From the NCBI RefSeq assembly GCF_006345805.1, contig NC_042997.1:203360001-203424000 (forward strand): 64,000 bases of DNA, read 5' to 3'. Below the pieces are notes generated by a model. That model searched no databases. It had not been told where the DNA came from and saw only the letters and a program-made list of their open reading frames with translations. Positions 28,593-40,557 of the stretch are shown here, piece by piece (position 1 is the first letter of the stretch; every line of letters starts with the position of its first letter). This DNA comes from Octopus sinensis (lineage: Eukaryota). The position numbers were made by a program, and so were the translations under genes.

Positions 28593-29525
28593 ATGCGCTT
28601 TCCCGCCCCTTTCTTTCTCTCTCTCTCTCTCTCTCTCACGCATGTTCACGCTCTCACGCTTTTTACACATACCAATACATGCATAACTTTATACGAACGT
28701 ATGTAAACGTGCGTGTATATAAATTTACGTATATCCATGTACACGGGGATGATATATATATATATATATATATATTGGTATTTTTATATAAGCTTAAAGC
28801 TTATGACGATCACCGCGCAATGGCTAAGGAAAGTAGTCTAATAAAGGGGCATATAAGCCCTCGACAGAAAAAAGAAGGCTTTCCTTCACCGAAAGCATGT
28901 GTATGCATGTGTGTGTGTATGTATGTATGTATGCATGTATATGTGTATGTATGTATATATGGGAGTGTATATATGTGTGTGCGTGTGTGAGTATATATAA
29001 ATGAATGTGTGTTTATGTATGTATGCATGATGTTTGTATGTATGTATGTATATGTGAGTGTATATATGTGTGCGTGTGTGAGTATATATAAATGAATGTG
29101 TGTTTATGTATGTATGCATGATGTTTGTATGTATGTATACATAGAGAGAGAGAGAGAGAAACATTCAGACAGATAGATACAGACATACATACATACATAA
29201 ATACATACATACATACATTACATACATAAATGAGCCTACAAAGCAAGTAACCATATATTAGAACTTCATATGATCCATCCCACTCCAATATGTGCACTCA
29301 GAAAGGGGATTCATATTGATATAAACAATCCTGATTACAATATCCATAAAGTACATAAAATGATTAAACAACAAGAGGCACACATGGTAAATTTAGTTAA
29401 TAATCCATGTCCTTATGATTGTTTCAATGGTTTTGACATAACCATTGAAACGATCATAAGGATATGATCTATGAATTACAACTACCTTGTTTTTTTTTGC
29501 TTGTCACATAATCATTGTAATATAG

Positions 29526-29564
<39 letters not shown>

Positions 29565-32199
29565 TGTGTGTGTGTACATAATGTACATATATAATGTAGT
29601 TGTCAGTTATGACTAGTGAGAAAGTTAACAATGATTTCACACCTTTTATGCTCTCAGCAACATCAACAACTTATCAGATCTGCTAGCTGGAGGCACATAG
29701 ATCCTTTTACTAATAGAGGTAGGAATACAGTTTTGGTCAGCCAAGGTTGTGAAAAAAAAAACTTGAAATGAAATTCTTCAAAGTGAAACCCCTTCTGTGT
29801 GAGATGGAGTTATTGTCCTTTGACCAGTTCCAATGGTATCCAAAAAGGGTCAGTTTATATACAATTTCCATTCACTAGTCAGTAGACAGCGAATTCTATG
29901 TCTCCAGCATAAATTTTCTTTCGTGGGGACACCAACTAAACATCTTGCTTTTAGAATTTAAGAACCCTCCCCCCCCCAGGTCAAGCAAATTTTTCAGGAT
30001 CCTTGCCTTCCTGATCAAGTAAAGTTTACATCATCTGCTTCCTTTAAGATATAGTCCCAGTTGTTCCAGGAGCTTCCAGTTCATACCGTATGGCACTACC
30101 CTCTTCTTCTAAACACCATATGCAGTTGGCCAAAGACATACCATTACACTTCTCTGGGATCCTAAAAGTGGACCTTTGGTTATTTAGTCACTGCTTAAAG
30201 GGGCCCTCTCTTATTCCAACATATTTCCGTGTGTCCTTATGTTATTGGTACTGCTACTGTTGTTGTTCTTGCTTCTATTACTGTTGTTGCTACTGTTACT
30301 GCTGAATACATCACTGGTGCTACTGTTGTTGTTGTTTCTGCTGCTTTCACTGCTGTTACTGCTGGACACCACCTCTTCCACATAGACCTTGGCCTTGAAG
30401 TTGTATTGGCATCTACTGGGCACTCACTATTCGCCCTACATGAGCATCCTACCTCTGTACAGGGTTTAGAGGCATTCACTAAAATCTTTTCAACACTGGG
30501 TCACAGCTGAATGAGACCCTTAAGTTGTGTCTATTAAATAATCGTCCATATCTATGGGGTTGTGTGAAATTCTTGTCCACTAATCTAAGAAAGATCCTAG
30601 AACACTCAATACCATAGTACAGATTAATAATACATTTTGGTCAAGTCCTTCTACTGCTACTCTAAATTTCACCCATGGGTCTTCAGGCAAGTTATGAATG
30701 GAAAAATTATGGAATTTGAACATCTATATGTAGGATTCCTTTCATAGAATAAAAGAAGAACCATCAATATTCCCAATTTTCTATAATGCTTTTATTTTTT
30801 TATATTATTCTATTTGAGTTTTTCTATGACTATCACTGCAACTGCCACCAACTTGCCTATTGATCATCTCTCTACCACTGTTGCTAAAATTTCTTTTTCT
30901 TTTTCTTTTCTCTCCATTTATTTTGTCACTTTTTCAATATTTTTCAGTATTTTTTCAATACCTTTTACAACATTTTTCTGTGTATGTCTTTATTTTATTT
31001 CTATATTATTTTTATATCCTTAAGATCATTATCATCATCATTTATTTATTTATTCAATGTCTGTTTATTTATTTATTTAATGTGCTAGGTACTTTTATGT
31101 GGTACTGCATAAGTGCCTTTATGTGGAACCAGCACAAGTGCTTTTTATGTGACACTGACACAAGACTCTTGATGGCTAATCCTCTTTGAGAGGAGGAGCA
31201 TCCTTAACACTTCTGCTGTGGTGTCCAATATTCACAATTTTCTAAATATTTATTCCCTAAGTTTTTTTTTATTGAAAAACATTTTATTAACAACATATTT
31301 TTCAAGAAGGAAAGAAATGGGGGAAAAAAACCATTAAAAGTACAAAAGATTAAATTACTGAGGAAAAAAAAACACTATAACTACCTCACCAAGGAAACAA
31401 AGAAAAAGAAGGGGGGATTAAGCAGCAGAAGATAGGCAAAGAGGGAATAACTGGTTATACACCCCAGAATATATGGTGTGTTTAGACACACTTTGCAGAC
31501 ATGATTGCAAAGGCAGTGCCACAGAGAATGGCCACAAACACTCACTGCAACAGTCACCCCACCTCACAGGACTCATTTCTCTTTCATTTGATTTCTTCTC
31601 TTAGTATTATGACAATCACCACAAACTCACCTTTCTACCAATGACCATCCTTCTGAATCAGTACCCCTGTTATTGAAATTCCCTTCTATTCATTTTTATC
31701 ATGTCATTTTATATATTTTTTTTATTCATTTATCTATTTCTACTCCTAAATGTCACAGTTTCCAAGGCTCATTCATCAATTCATCTACTATATTTTCTAT
31801 TGAAGATTTCCACTGAATTCTATGGCTATTCTAATGCCTCTCCACCCTACTTTATCCACCCCTCCCCATCAAAACATGTCCTTCCTTTTCTCTTCTTCTT
31901 ACTTCCTTTTTTATCTTTACTTTCACTTTTTCTTTTCTTCAGCTTCCTTTCCTTCTATATATATATATATATAAAACTGAAGTTGTTTGTGTGTGGCAGG
32001 TTTGGAAGCCTTCAACTAATACTATCTCCTCTGAGACTCTGTAGCACAAGTTGACCAAAATTGACAGTATGATAGAAGAAGGCTTGCTCTTCATTACATA
32101 GAAGAAAAAATTCAAATTGGACCAGGTTAAGACCAAAAATTATTTAAGAACAAACCCAAGTAATGCCGGGCTATACTGCTAGTATATATATAAATGAAA

Positions 32200-33450
32200 C
32201 AAAAATGCAATAGAGGACATTAAAACATTTGCCATGCTTGAACAATTGTAAAGATACAAAGACAGGCAAGAGAAGCAACAATTAGAAGGACAGGCAAAAA
32301 AAAAGACAGGTCATTCGTAGCTTTCTTTCCTCAGTCAAGTTCCAGAAGTCACGACCATTTCGGGCAGATACACTTGAGATAGTTCGATCTGGTTGCCCCC
32401 CAAAAAGTCTAAGCTAAGAGCATTAGATCCCTTTGTAAGAAAGCTAGCGAATGTGTATGGCAACAAAGTCAAAAAAACAAACTCACAAAAGAAAATTGAG
32501 AACATAGTACACAATTACGAAAACAAACAACAAGAAATAACAACAGGTGTCTTTCAACTGAGAACGAATTTATATATGAGCGACATATATAAAGTGAAAG
32601 CCTAAAGGCAGAAACATAGGAGATGGACATAAGAAGTGTTGGTGGTCAGCAGTCAGGCCAAGAAAGAAAGATCATGGCTGACCAGACACTGGTCATGTGG
32701 AAGGAGGAGAGATGGGTAGGGGGCAGCAGGATTGAAGGATTTGAAAAAAATCAGAGACAAAGAGAAAGGTACAGGGGAGATAAATGAGTGGGAAATAGTG
32801 GGAGTTAAGAAAGAGAGGGCCAAGAAATGTGAGAGAGGGGGAGCGAGAAAAAGGAAGAAAAACGAGAAAGGGAATAAAAGATAGAATAAGAGTTGTACAA
32901 AATTTAGATACATACCTACTATAAGATGAGCACAAGGGTGTACTACGCCGCTATATTTCATTTCATTTTCTCATTTCATCTAGTTTCAGTTCACAAGCTG
33001 TGGCCATGCTGGGGCACCGCCATTCGTTGTTGCTACATGATTTTACTTCACGAATGCTTTTTAGCAATTGACATTTGGTGCATGATATAAAAATGGAACA
33101 AAAACTCAATAGAGGACATTAAAACATTTGGACAGATAGACAATACAAAGACAGACAAAAGAAGCAACAATTAGAAGGACAGACAAAATGGCGGGTCATT
33201 CGTGGATTTCTTTCCTCAGTCAAGTTCCAGAAGTCACGACCATTTCGGGCAGATACACTTGAGATAGTTCGATCTGGTTGCCCCCCAAAAAGTCTAAGCT
33301 AAGGGCATTAGACCCCTTTGTAAGAAAACTAGTGAATGTGTACAGCAACAAATACAAAAAACGAACAAAAACAGAGAACATGGTACACAATTACGAATAC
33401 AAACAAAAAGAAATAACAACAGGTGTCTTTCGACTGAGAATGAATCAAAT
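32200..33450. repeat. Two diverged direct copies (~32200-32600 and ~33090-33450) of a ~370-bp dispersed-repeat-like unit
   Basis: Shared core CTTTCCTCAGTCAAGTTCCAGAAGTCACGACCATTTCGGGCAGATACACTTGAGATAGTTCGATCTGGTTGCCCCCCAAAAAGTCTAAGCTAAG; explains the twin MPPKKSKLRALD ORFs. Confidence 0.85.
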
Positions 33451-33452
33451 TG

Positions 33453-33489
<37 letters not shown>

Positions 33490-33498
<9 letters not shown>

Positions 33499-33655
33499 TT
33501 ATATCAAACAGTGGTATTCCCATCCAAAATGGAGACAAGTACCAATATTTCTATTTGCTATGCTTGAACAATTGTAAAGATAATTTCACATGAAACGATT
33601 AGTTGCCTTGTTAACCCACAAATAAAGTGCATGCATGTATGTGTGTGTGTGTGTG

Positions 33656-33686
<31 letters not shown>

Positions 33687-33836
33687 CACACACACTTATA
33701 TCAAACAGTGGTATTCCCATCCAAAATGGAGACAAGTACCAATATTTCTATTTGCTATGCTTGAACAATTGTAAAGATAATTTCACATGAAACGATTAGT
33801 TGCCTTGTTAACCCACAAATAAAGTGCATGCATGTA

Positions 33837-33860
<24 letters not shown>
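33490..33860. repeat. Exact tandem duplication (~197-bp period) bounded by TA/CA microsatellites
   Basis: CTTATATCAAACAGTGG..GTGCATGCATGTATGTG occurs at 33498 and 33695. Confidence 0.85.
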
Positions 33861-33868
<8 letters not shown>

Positions 33869-33869
<1 letters not shown>

Positions 33870-35120
33870 TGGTTCATCCCATAAATAGTGCGGTTTTTTC
33901 AAATGCATGAAAAGTCAGAGTAGGACAGGATAAACTACCTGCATCAACTTGCTATTAAAGCAACTAGTAATTTTACCTTATCCTTATTCTTAGTGCAAGT
34001 TTTGATGAGTGCAGTTTGATTTTAACAATTATTTTTTAAAAGCTATAATAGAAGTGACAAAAGAGCATATTTGGTATATTTTGCTTTGAGTTCAATAAAG
34101 GCAACAACATAATGGAAAGTGCAATGAATATTAATGCAGTATATAGGGATCAAACAATAAGTGTAAGCCAGTGTCAATGCTTGCTCCAGAAATTCCAAGC
34201 GAGAAACTACAGCCTAGAACATGAGTCTCGTCCTGGAAGATATGTAGAGCTCAGCAAGGACATCCTGCAAACTCTGGTGGTACAAAATCCCATTGTAACT
34301 GTAGAGGAACTAGCAGAGAAGTTTGGATTTGGTCATTCAACCATTCATCGACATCTGTGTGCCATCAGAAAAGTCAGCAAATTGGGTCAATGGGTTCCTC
34401 ATAAACTTTCTGAGTCTAATCATGAGCAGAGAGTGAATGTGTGCTTTTCTTTGCTGTCATGTCTCATGAATGAACCTTCTTTGGACCGAATAGTGATGGG
34501 AAATGGCTTCTCTATAAAAATGTCAAGTACCAAAGACAGGGGTAGGGGAAAGGAGAAACACCAGTACCCCAAGCTAAAGAAGGTCTTCACCTACAGAATG
34601 TGTTGTTATCTGTTTGGTGAGATATGAAAGGTTTAGTCCACCTTCAACTTTTAAACCCTAACCAAATGATAACAAAGGAAATCTACTGTGAGCTGCTTGA
34701 GCAACATAAGTCAGTGCTAGAAGAAAAACAACCATCTTTGGGCTTCAAAATGAAAGGTATTCCATACAGTGAGAATGACATTCCAAAGGATGGAGCAGTT
34801 TGAATGGGAAACGATGCCCCACCCACCATATTCACCAAACATTGCCCCATCTGATTATCATTTATTCTGCAGTCTTCAAAATCATTTGGATGGAAAAAAT
34901 ATGAATTCTGTAGACAAGCTGAGAACAGTACTGAAGGAGTATTTTTCTTCACAGACAAGTGAATTTTGGAAGAAGAGCCTTGCAAGTCTACCAGAGAGAT
35001 GGAAGAGCCTTGTAGGAAATAAAGGAGAGTATATTTTAGATTAAAAATGAACTTTGTTTCTCTTCATTTTGAAAAATAAAAGAAGTATAAAAGAACCACA
35101 ATATTTATGGGATGACCCTA
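33869..35120 (+). mobile_element. Full-length mariner element with inactivated transposase
   Basis: TIRs TTGGTTCATCCCATAAATAGTGCGGTT / AACCACAATATTTATGGGATGACCCTA in TA context, 1252 bp. Frames contain SRPGR, WVPHKL, HPPYSPNIAPSDYHLF and LPERW..GEY, interrupted by frameshifts. Confidence 0.9.
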
Positions 35121-35204
35121 TATATATATATACACTCACACATATACATGTGTGTGTGTGTGCATGTGCGTATGTGAGTGTGTACATACATGCATGTGTG
35201 TGTA

Positions 35205-36050
35205 AAACTGAATCTCTACTAGAAGTAGAGAAGAAATGTCAAGTGTGGAAGCAAGGCCTAGAATCAAAAGGCCTTAGAGTTAATTTAGCAAAGACCAAAG
35301 TACTAGTAAATAGAAAAACATACAAATTACTAATCCTTTCAGAGTGATGACCCTGCTCAGGATGTAGAAAAGGTGTAGGTAGACATTCTATACAATGTAC
35401 CCACATAAGAGGTGCAGCAGCAGCACAGGAAGGTTAACAGAGAAAGTAGTCTTTGTGTGTGACAGATGTGTAGGTACAATAAACACTGCCTGAAATAGAT
35501 TTCCTCAGATATCCAGGGTGGGGTGGGGCTCCTTAAAAGTAGTAAATAGCTTCTGTTACTTGGGTGGCCAAGTTAGCAATGGAGAGGAATGCTCAGAAAG
35601 AGTATTTGCTAGAATAATAACCAGCTTTTCAAAGTACAGAAAGTTTTTACCTTTGTTGGTAACAAGGGACCTCTCCCTCAGAGTGAAAGGCAGATTGTAT
35701 GATGCCTGTATATGGACAGCTATGATACACAGCAGTGAAACATAGGCTGTGATACAGAGGGCATACAAAGTTTTGAAAGAAATGGAGTCAACTTATTCCA
35801 CTGGATGTGCAATGCGTAGCAGTGTAAATATTTTGAGAGAAAACTGGGAATAAGAGGCATGTTGTAGTGTATAAGAGATAGGACTGCTCTGGTATGGTCA
35901 TGTGATGCATATGGATGAGGACAGCTGCTTAAAGAAGTGTTGATCTGTAAATGTGGAGGGAACCTATGGAAGAGATATGGGACAACGTGGTGAGAAAGGA
36001 TCTTCAGACATTGGGCCTCACAGAGATGACAAGAGACTGAGACTTTGTGT
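35205..36050 (+). mobile_element. RTE-type LINE fragment (RT C-terminal part), decayed
   Basis: QVWKQGLESKGLRVNLAKTKVL and LLVTRDLSLRVKGRLYDAC match the longer copy at 59474-61462. Confidence 0.85.
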
Positions 36051-37100
36051 CCATGCTCCCCTCCCACACAATCTGTCCCCCAACAAACTTTCCCTTCAAC
36101 CCATGTTCCCAACACCCCCTTCCCCCACTTATGTTCACCATTTACTGCATTCCCATCCATTCTCCCTCACATACCCACCTGCACAAAATATGTCCCCATT
36201 GAATCTCTCCCTTACAACATATTCTCCTCTACCTGTGCCCATTCATTTCAATCCATCCCTTCCTCTACCATTCTCTGTTTGCAATCTTGTGAACTCACTC
36301 ACTTTCTCCAATCCCTGGCCCACTCACTCCACCCCAATCCCCTATCATATCTTCTCCTTCTTTCCCCTCTCTCTCCACTCTCACTCCACCTGTTTCCCCT
36401 CTAATACATGACTCCTTTTTCTGTCCCTCAATACTACTTGTGTTGCAAGTTACTAAGGGATCTCACTGCTGCTGGTTCCACGTAAAAAGCATATATGCAG
36501 TACACTGTGTAAAGTGATTGTTGGTGTTAGTAAGGGCATCCAGCCATAGAAACCATCTCAAAACAAACACCAGTGATTGGTGCAGTCTTCTGATTTGCCA
36601 GTTCCTATCCAATCATTACCAGTATGGAAAATGGATATTAAATGGTGGTGGTGGTGATGATGATGATGATGATGGCTGGTCTTCCATTAGTTTCAACAAT
36701 GACAAGTCATTTATTCAATCAACTGAATTACCATATAAGTAGCTGAGTATTCCACACACGTGTATTCATGATATAATTCTCAATATGCCATAGCTGTACC
36801 TTTGAATAACAGGTGCAATCCATTTGGCAAACTTCTATACAGTTTCTATCAACCCAATTTCTCAGAAAAGACACCTGCTGAAGACGCCATGCAATGAATG
36901 AATCCATCATAATGCAGTATATTGGTATCGGACAATAAGCATTAGCATTATTTATGGATGACCCCAAAAAATGGATCAGGCCATAGGAATTCATTTTTGC
37001 ATTCTGATTTTGACAATGATGAAAGTCTGTTAAAGAAGATTATCAAAATAATGTACTCAAGGATATATAAGTATGTATCTATGTACATATGTATATATGT

Positions 37101-37154
<54 letters not shown>

Positions 37155-37350
37155 GTATGTATGTATATATATATAAATAGATGTGTGTATTTTTCCCTTG
37201 TTAACAATTAACACAGAAAAATATATAGATAGTTACCAGGGTAGCAAAAAATCATACAAGTAAAAAGGTTGTAATTCCTTGTTTTTAAAGGTAGAAACTT
37301 CAGGTTTACGTGAAATGGAGTTAAACACAGGTGTTATTCAAATTCTTTTA

Positions 37351-37437
37351 CTTCCGACACATGTTTCGAAGATATCACTGGTATTATTCCAAAGGAATAA
37401 AATGGTGTAAAACAATGTAATCTTCTCTTCAGGAAAA
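37351..37437 (-). ncRNA. Type I hammerhead ribozyme motif in Penelope pseudo-LTR (intact core)
   Basis: UUUUC CUGAAGA GAAGAU..(long insert with UAUUCC/GGAAUA hairpin)..AUCUUC GAAA CAUGUG UC GGAAG. Stem II 6 bp, short stem III with palindromic ACAUGU, GUC site. Confidence 0.8.
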
Positions 37438-38481
37438 TGAAAAAATGAAACTCGTCAATAAGACATTTTAACAGAAAATGATGGATATGTATAGTGATTA
37501 ATTGAACGCTATTAAGTTTGTTTAAAAAACGTTATAGGATATAACGTCAAAGGTAGCCTAAAGAAAGAGAAGGGATAAATGAAAGAAAAACTAAATAAAT
37601 GAGAAGTATATAACTATATGTATATTAAATAAAACCATATAGACTTGGAAAAAGATATATCTAGTGAATGTGAAATGTAAGAAGAAAATTAACGTTTAAA
37701 TTATATATAATGATAAATATCACTTTATGCAACTAAAGGTATGTTTCTGCCAATGTTTACATTGGTATGCACACTCTATAACCGTGTTTGCAAGGGGATT
37801 TTTAGAAAAAAAATTTTAAATAGTTTAGAATTACAGAGAATACAGAATTCCTTGCCTTTGTCATAAGGTATCGAGATTGAGAGAATCAACCAATCTAAAT
37901 TAAATTGTTTATTGTGCTCTTTTAGAACCTAAATTAATTTACTAAGCCCTGTACTGTTATATTTATTCCTATCCCCAAATGTAGAGTAATGATTAGAAAT
38001 TCTTTTAGATAACTGAGAAGGTGTGCTTCCTAGATAAAAAATACTTCGTTACCAATAGTAATTTTACACTGGTATATAGAATTTTTAATTTTAGAGTTAC
38101 TTCACATAAACTTGATTCTGTTGTAATTGACTTCAGATACAATAATCTTGATATTAATATTTTTAGGGGCATGGGTAGTATTAGCTAAATTTATGTTAGT
38201 ATTAGTAAATGCATCAATATTTAACAGGTTAATATTATGCGAAGAGATAATTTGTATGAGATTTTTTGTGTTGGAAAAACCAATCCTAACCTTGTGTGAG
38301 TTGATAATAGAGTAATACCTAGAATTCTTTGGAAAATTCCTAATAATAGCTTCATGAAACTGCAAAAGAAGATTATATCCTATAATGTTTTTTTGAAACA
38401 AATTAAATAGTGTTCAGTTAATCACTATACATAGCCATCATTTTCAGTTAAAATGTCGTATTGACGAGTTTCATTTCTCCA

Positions 38482-38568
38482 TTTTCCTGAAGAGAAGATT
38501 ACATTGTTTTACACCATTTTATTCCTTTGGAAGAATGCCAGTGATATCTTTGAAACATGTGTTGGAAG
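38482..38568 (+). ncRNA. Hammerhead motif, inverted copy with CpG-type mutations
   Basis: Same as 37351-37437 but AUCUUU-GAAA and GUU-GGAAG (C-to-T at 11.1 and 17). Confidence 0.6.
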
Positions 38569-38616
38569 TAAAAGAATTTGAATAACACCTGCATTTAACT
38601 CCATTTATATATATAT

Positions 38617-39109
38617 ACTAGCAGTATCGCCCGGCGTTGCTCGGGTTTGTAAGGGAAATAACTATATAAGCATTTTTAGAGAGTGACTTCCCTTATAGAT
38701 GCCAATTCGGGCTTTCTTAGCCATTTCTGTTTTGGTGTCTTCAAGCCATGAAGTCGTTCTAAAAGAACGCTGGTCTCCTTGACAACGCATTACGACGTTG
38801 ATTTCTTTACACTCCCTTCCCCACAGCTTCACGAGGGAGGGAAGGGGGAGAAGCAAACAGGTGCAGCTGTGAACGTGGACGCCAACTCCGCCGCCATCGA
38901 TACACGAAAAATTATGCATTAAAATGGAATAAAAAATGATGTTAAATTATTTTTAAAATTGTAGACTCATCGTTGACATGCGCTAATAGCCAGACGGGCT
39001 CGATATGAATCACGACTATAAGATACCCGAATTTGGTTAAACTGCACCGCAAAATGTGGGAGGAGTTAGGAATCTAAATCGAAGGGGACAGACACTCACA
39101 CAACTAGAG

Positions 39110-39115
<6 letters not shown>
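38617..39115 (+). mobile_element. Non-autonomous Helentron/DINE-1-like (HINE-like) element
   Basis: Starts ACTAGCAGTATCGCCCGGCGTTGCTCGGG (terminal CCCG..CGGG hairpin). Similar inverted subterminal CGGGCTCGATATG near 38995. Ends ACAGACACTCACACAACTAGAGTTTTATATA in a TA tract. CpGs retained. Confidence 0.55.
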
Positions 39116-39143
<28 letters not shown>

Positions 39144-39412
39144 TTTGCAATTAAGGACAACTACTTAATAAGGAAAACTTAACAAGAAATTGTCAGGTAG
39201 ATAGCGTAAAAACCTCATAGAGAAAAAATTTCGAAAATAATTATTTCTTATTGAACATATTAATTTATATATAGAGGGCATAATTATACATACATGCCAG
39301 GAGGCATATATATACCTGCCAAACGCTAAGAGGGACAATCAGTCATTTCTACCAAAAATATTACTAATCCCACCGAATGCAATTTTTCAAAGTAAGACAT
39401 TTAAAAATATAT

Positions 39413-39460
39413 AGGCCTGTATCACAGTGATTTCATACTTACGTAATCATCAGCAGGCCT
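39413..39460 (-). ncRNA. Type I hammerhead motif, family B copy 1
   Basis: AGGCCUG CUGAUGA UUAC-GUAA-GUAU GAAA UCACUGUGA UA CAGGCCU. Stem I 7 bp, stem III 4 bp + 3-nt loop, AUA site. Confidence 0.85.
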
Positions 39461-39899
39461 GAATGTATTATAAATAAACAACGACCTTGCTCGCTTAAGC
39501 CGAACAGTTAACTGATCAACATCAACGAAGCACATGGGTCAGTTTATATATATTACATCCGGGTGAATGGCAAACTTTTACAAAATTGCATTTCGGGAGA
39601 GGAAAAGTTTTTTCGGAATAAAAATTTTGCAATTAAGGACAACTACTTAATAAGGAAAACTTAACAAGAATTGTCAGGTAGATAGCATAAAAACCTCATA
39701 AATAAGAGAAAAAATTTCGAAAATAATTATTTCTTATTGAACATATTAATTTATATATAGAGGGCATAATTATACATACATGCCAGGAGGCATTATATAT
39801 ACCTGCCAAACGCTAAGAGGGACAATCAGTCATTTCTACCAAAAATATTACTAATCCCACCGAATGCAATTTTTCAAAGTAAGACATTTAAAAATATAT

Positions 39900-39946
39900 A
39901 GGCCTGTATCACAGTGATTTCATACTTACGTAATCATCAGCAGCCT
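39900..39946 (-). ncRNA. Type I hammerhead motif, family B copy 2
   Basis: As copy 1 but one base missing in the 5' strand of stem I (AGGCUG), which could be real or a sequencing error. Confidence 0.7.
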
Positions 39947-40509
39947 GAATGTATTATAAATAAACAACGACCTTGCCTCGCTTAAGCCGAACAGTTAACT
40001 GATCAACATCAACGAAGCACATGGGTCAGTTTATATATATTACATCCGGGTGAATGGCAAACTTTTACAAAATTGCATTTCGGGAGAGGAAAAGTTTTTT
40101 CGGAATAAAATTTTGCAATTAAGGACAACTACTTAATAAGGAAAACTTAACAGAAATTGTCAGGTAATAGCGTAAAAACCTCATAAGAGAAAAAATTTCG
40201 AAAATAATTATTTCTTATTGAACATATTAATTTATATATAGAGGGCATAATTATACATACATGCCAGGAGGCATTATATATACCTGCCAAACGCTAAGAG
40301 GGACAATCAGTCATTTCTACCAAAAATATTACTAATCCCACCGAATGCAATTTTTCAAAGTAAGACATTTAAAAATATATAGGCCTGTATCACAGTGATT
40401 TCATACCCGGATGTAATATATATAAACTCACCCATGTGCTTCGTTGATGTTGATCAGTTAACTGTTCGGCTTAAGCGAGGCAAGGTCGTTGTTTATTTAT
40501 AATACATTC

Positions 40510-40557
40510 AGGCCTGCTGATGATTACGTAAGTATGAAATCACTGTGATACAGGCCT
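40510..40557 (+). ncRNA. Type I hammerhead motif, family B inverted copy
   Basis: Read directly: AGGCCTG CTGATGA TTACGTAAGTAT GAAA TCACTGTGA TA CAGGCCT; predicted cleavage after 40550. Confidence 0.85.

Larger units (their letters stand above)
37203..38606 (-). mobile_element. 5'-truncated Penelope-like element (RT C-terminus + GIY-YIG endonuclease relic) with inverted pseudo-LTRs
   Basis: Minus strand gives IGYNLLLQFHEAIIRNFPKNSRYYSIINSHKVRIGFSNTKNLIQIISSHN, then with frameshift/stop SIYQC..YLGSTPSQLSKRISNHYSTF..STGLSKLI*VLK..WLIL..PY..CILCN. Segments 37313-37529 and 38388-38606 are inverted copies. Confidence 0.85.

Noticed and set aside
30090-30510. Several overlapping ORFs rich in S/N/T/V or C/Y
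   Set aside because: Driven by a degenerate trinucleotide tract; flanks may be old LINE sequence but no motif was recognisable.
32393-33577. Twin ORFs starting MPPKKSKLRALDPFVRKL (NLS-like)
   Set aside because: Non-ATG (TTG) starts within the duplicated repeat; frames diverge and end in microsatellite.
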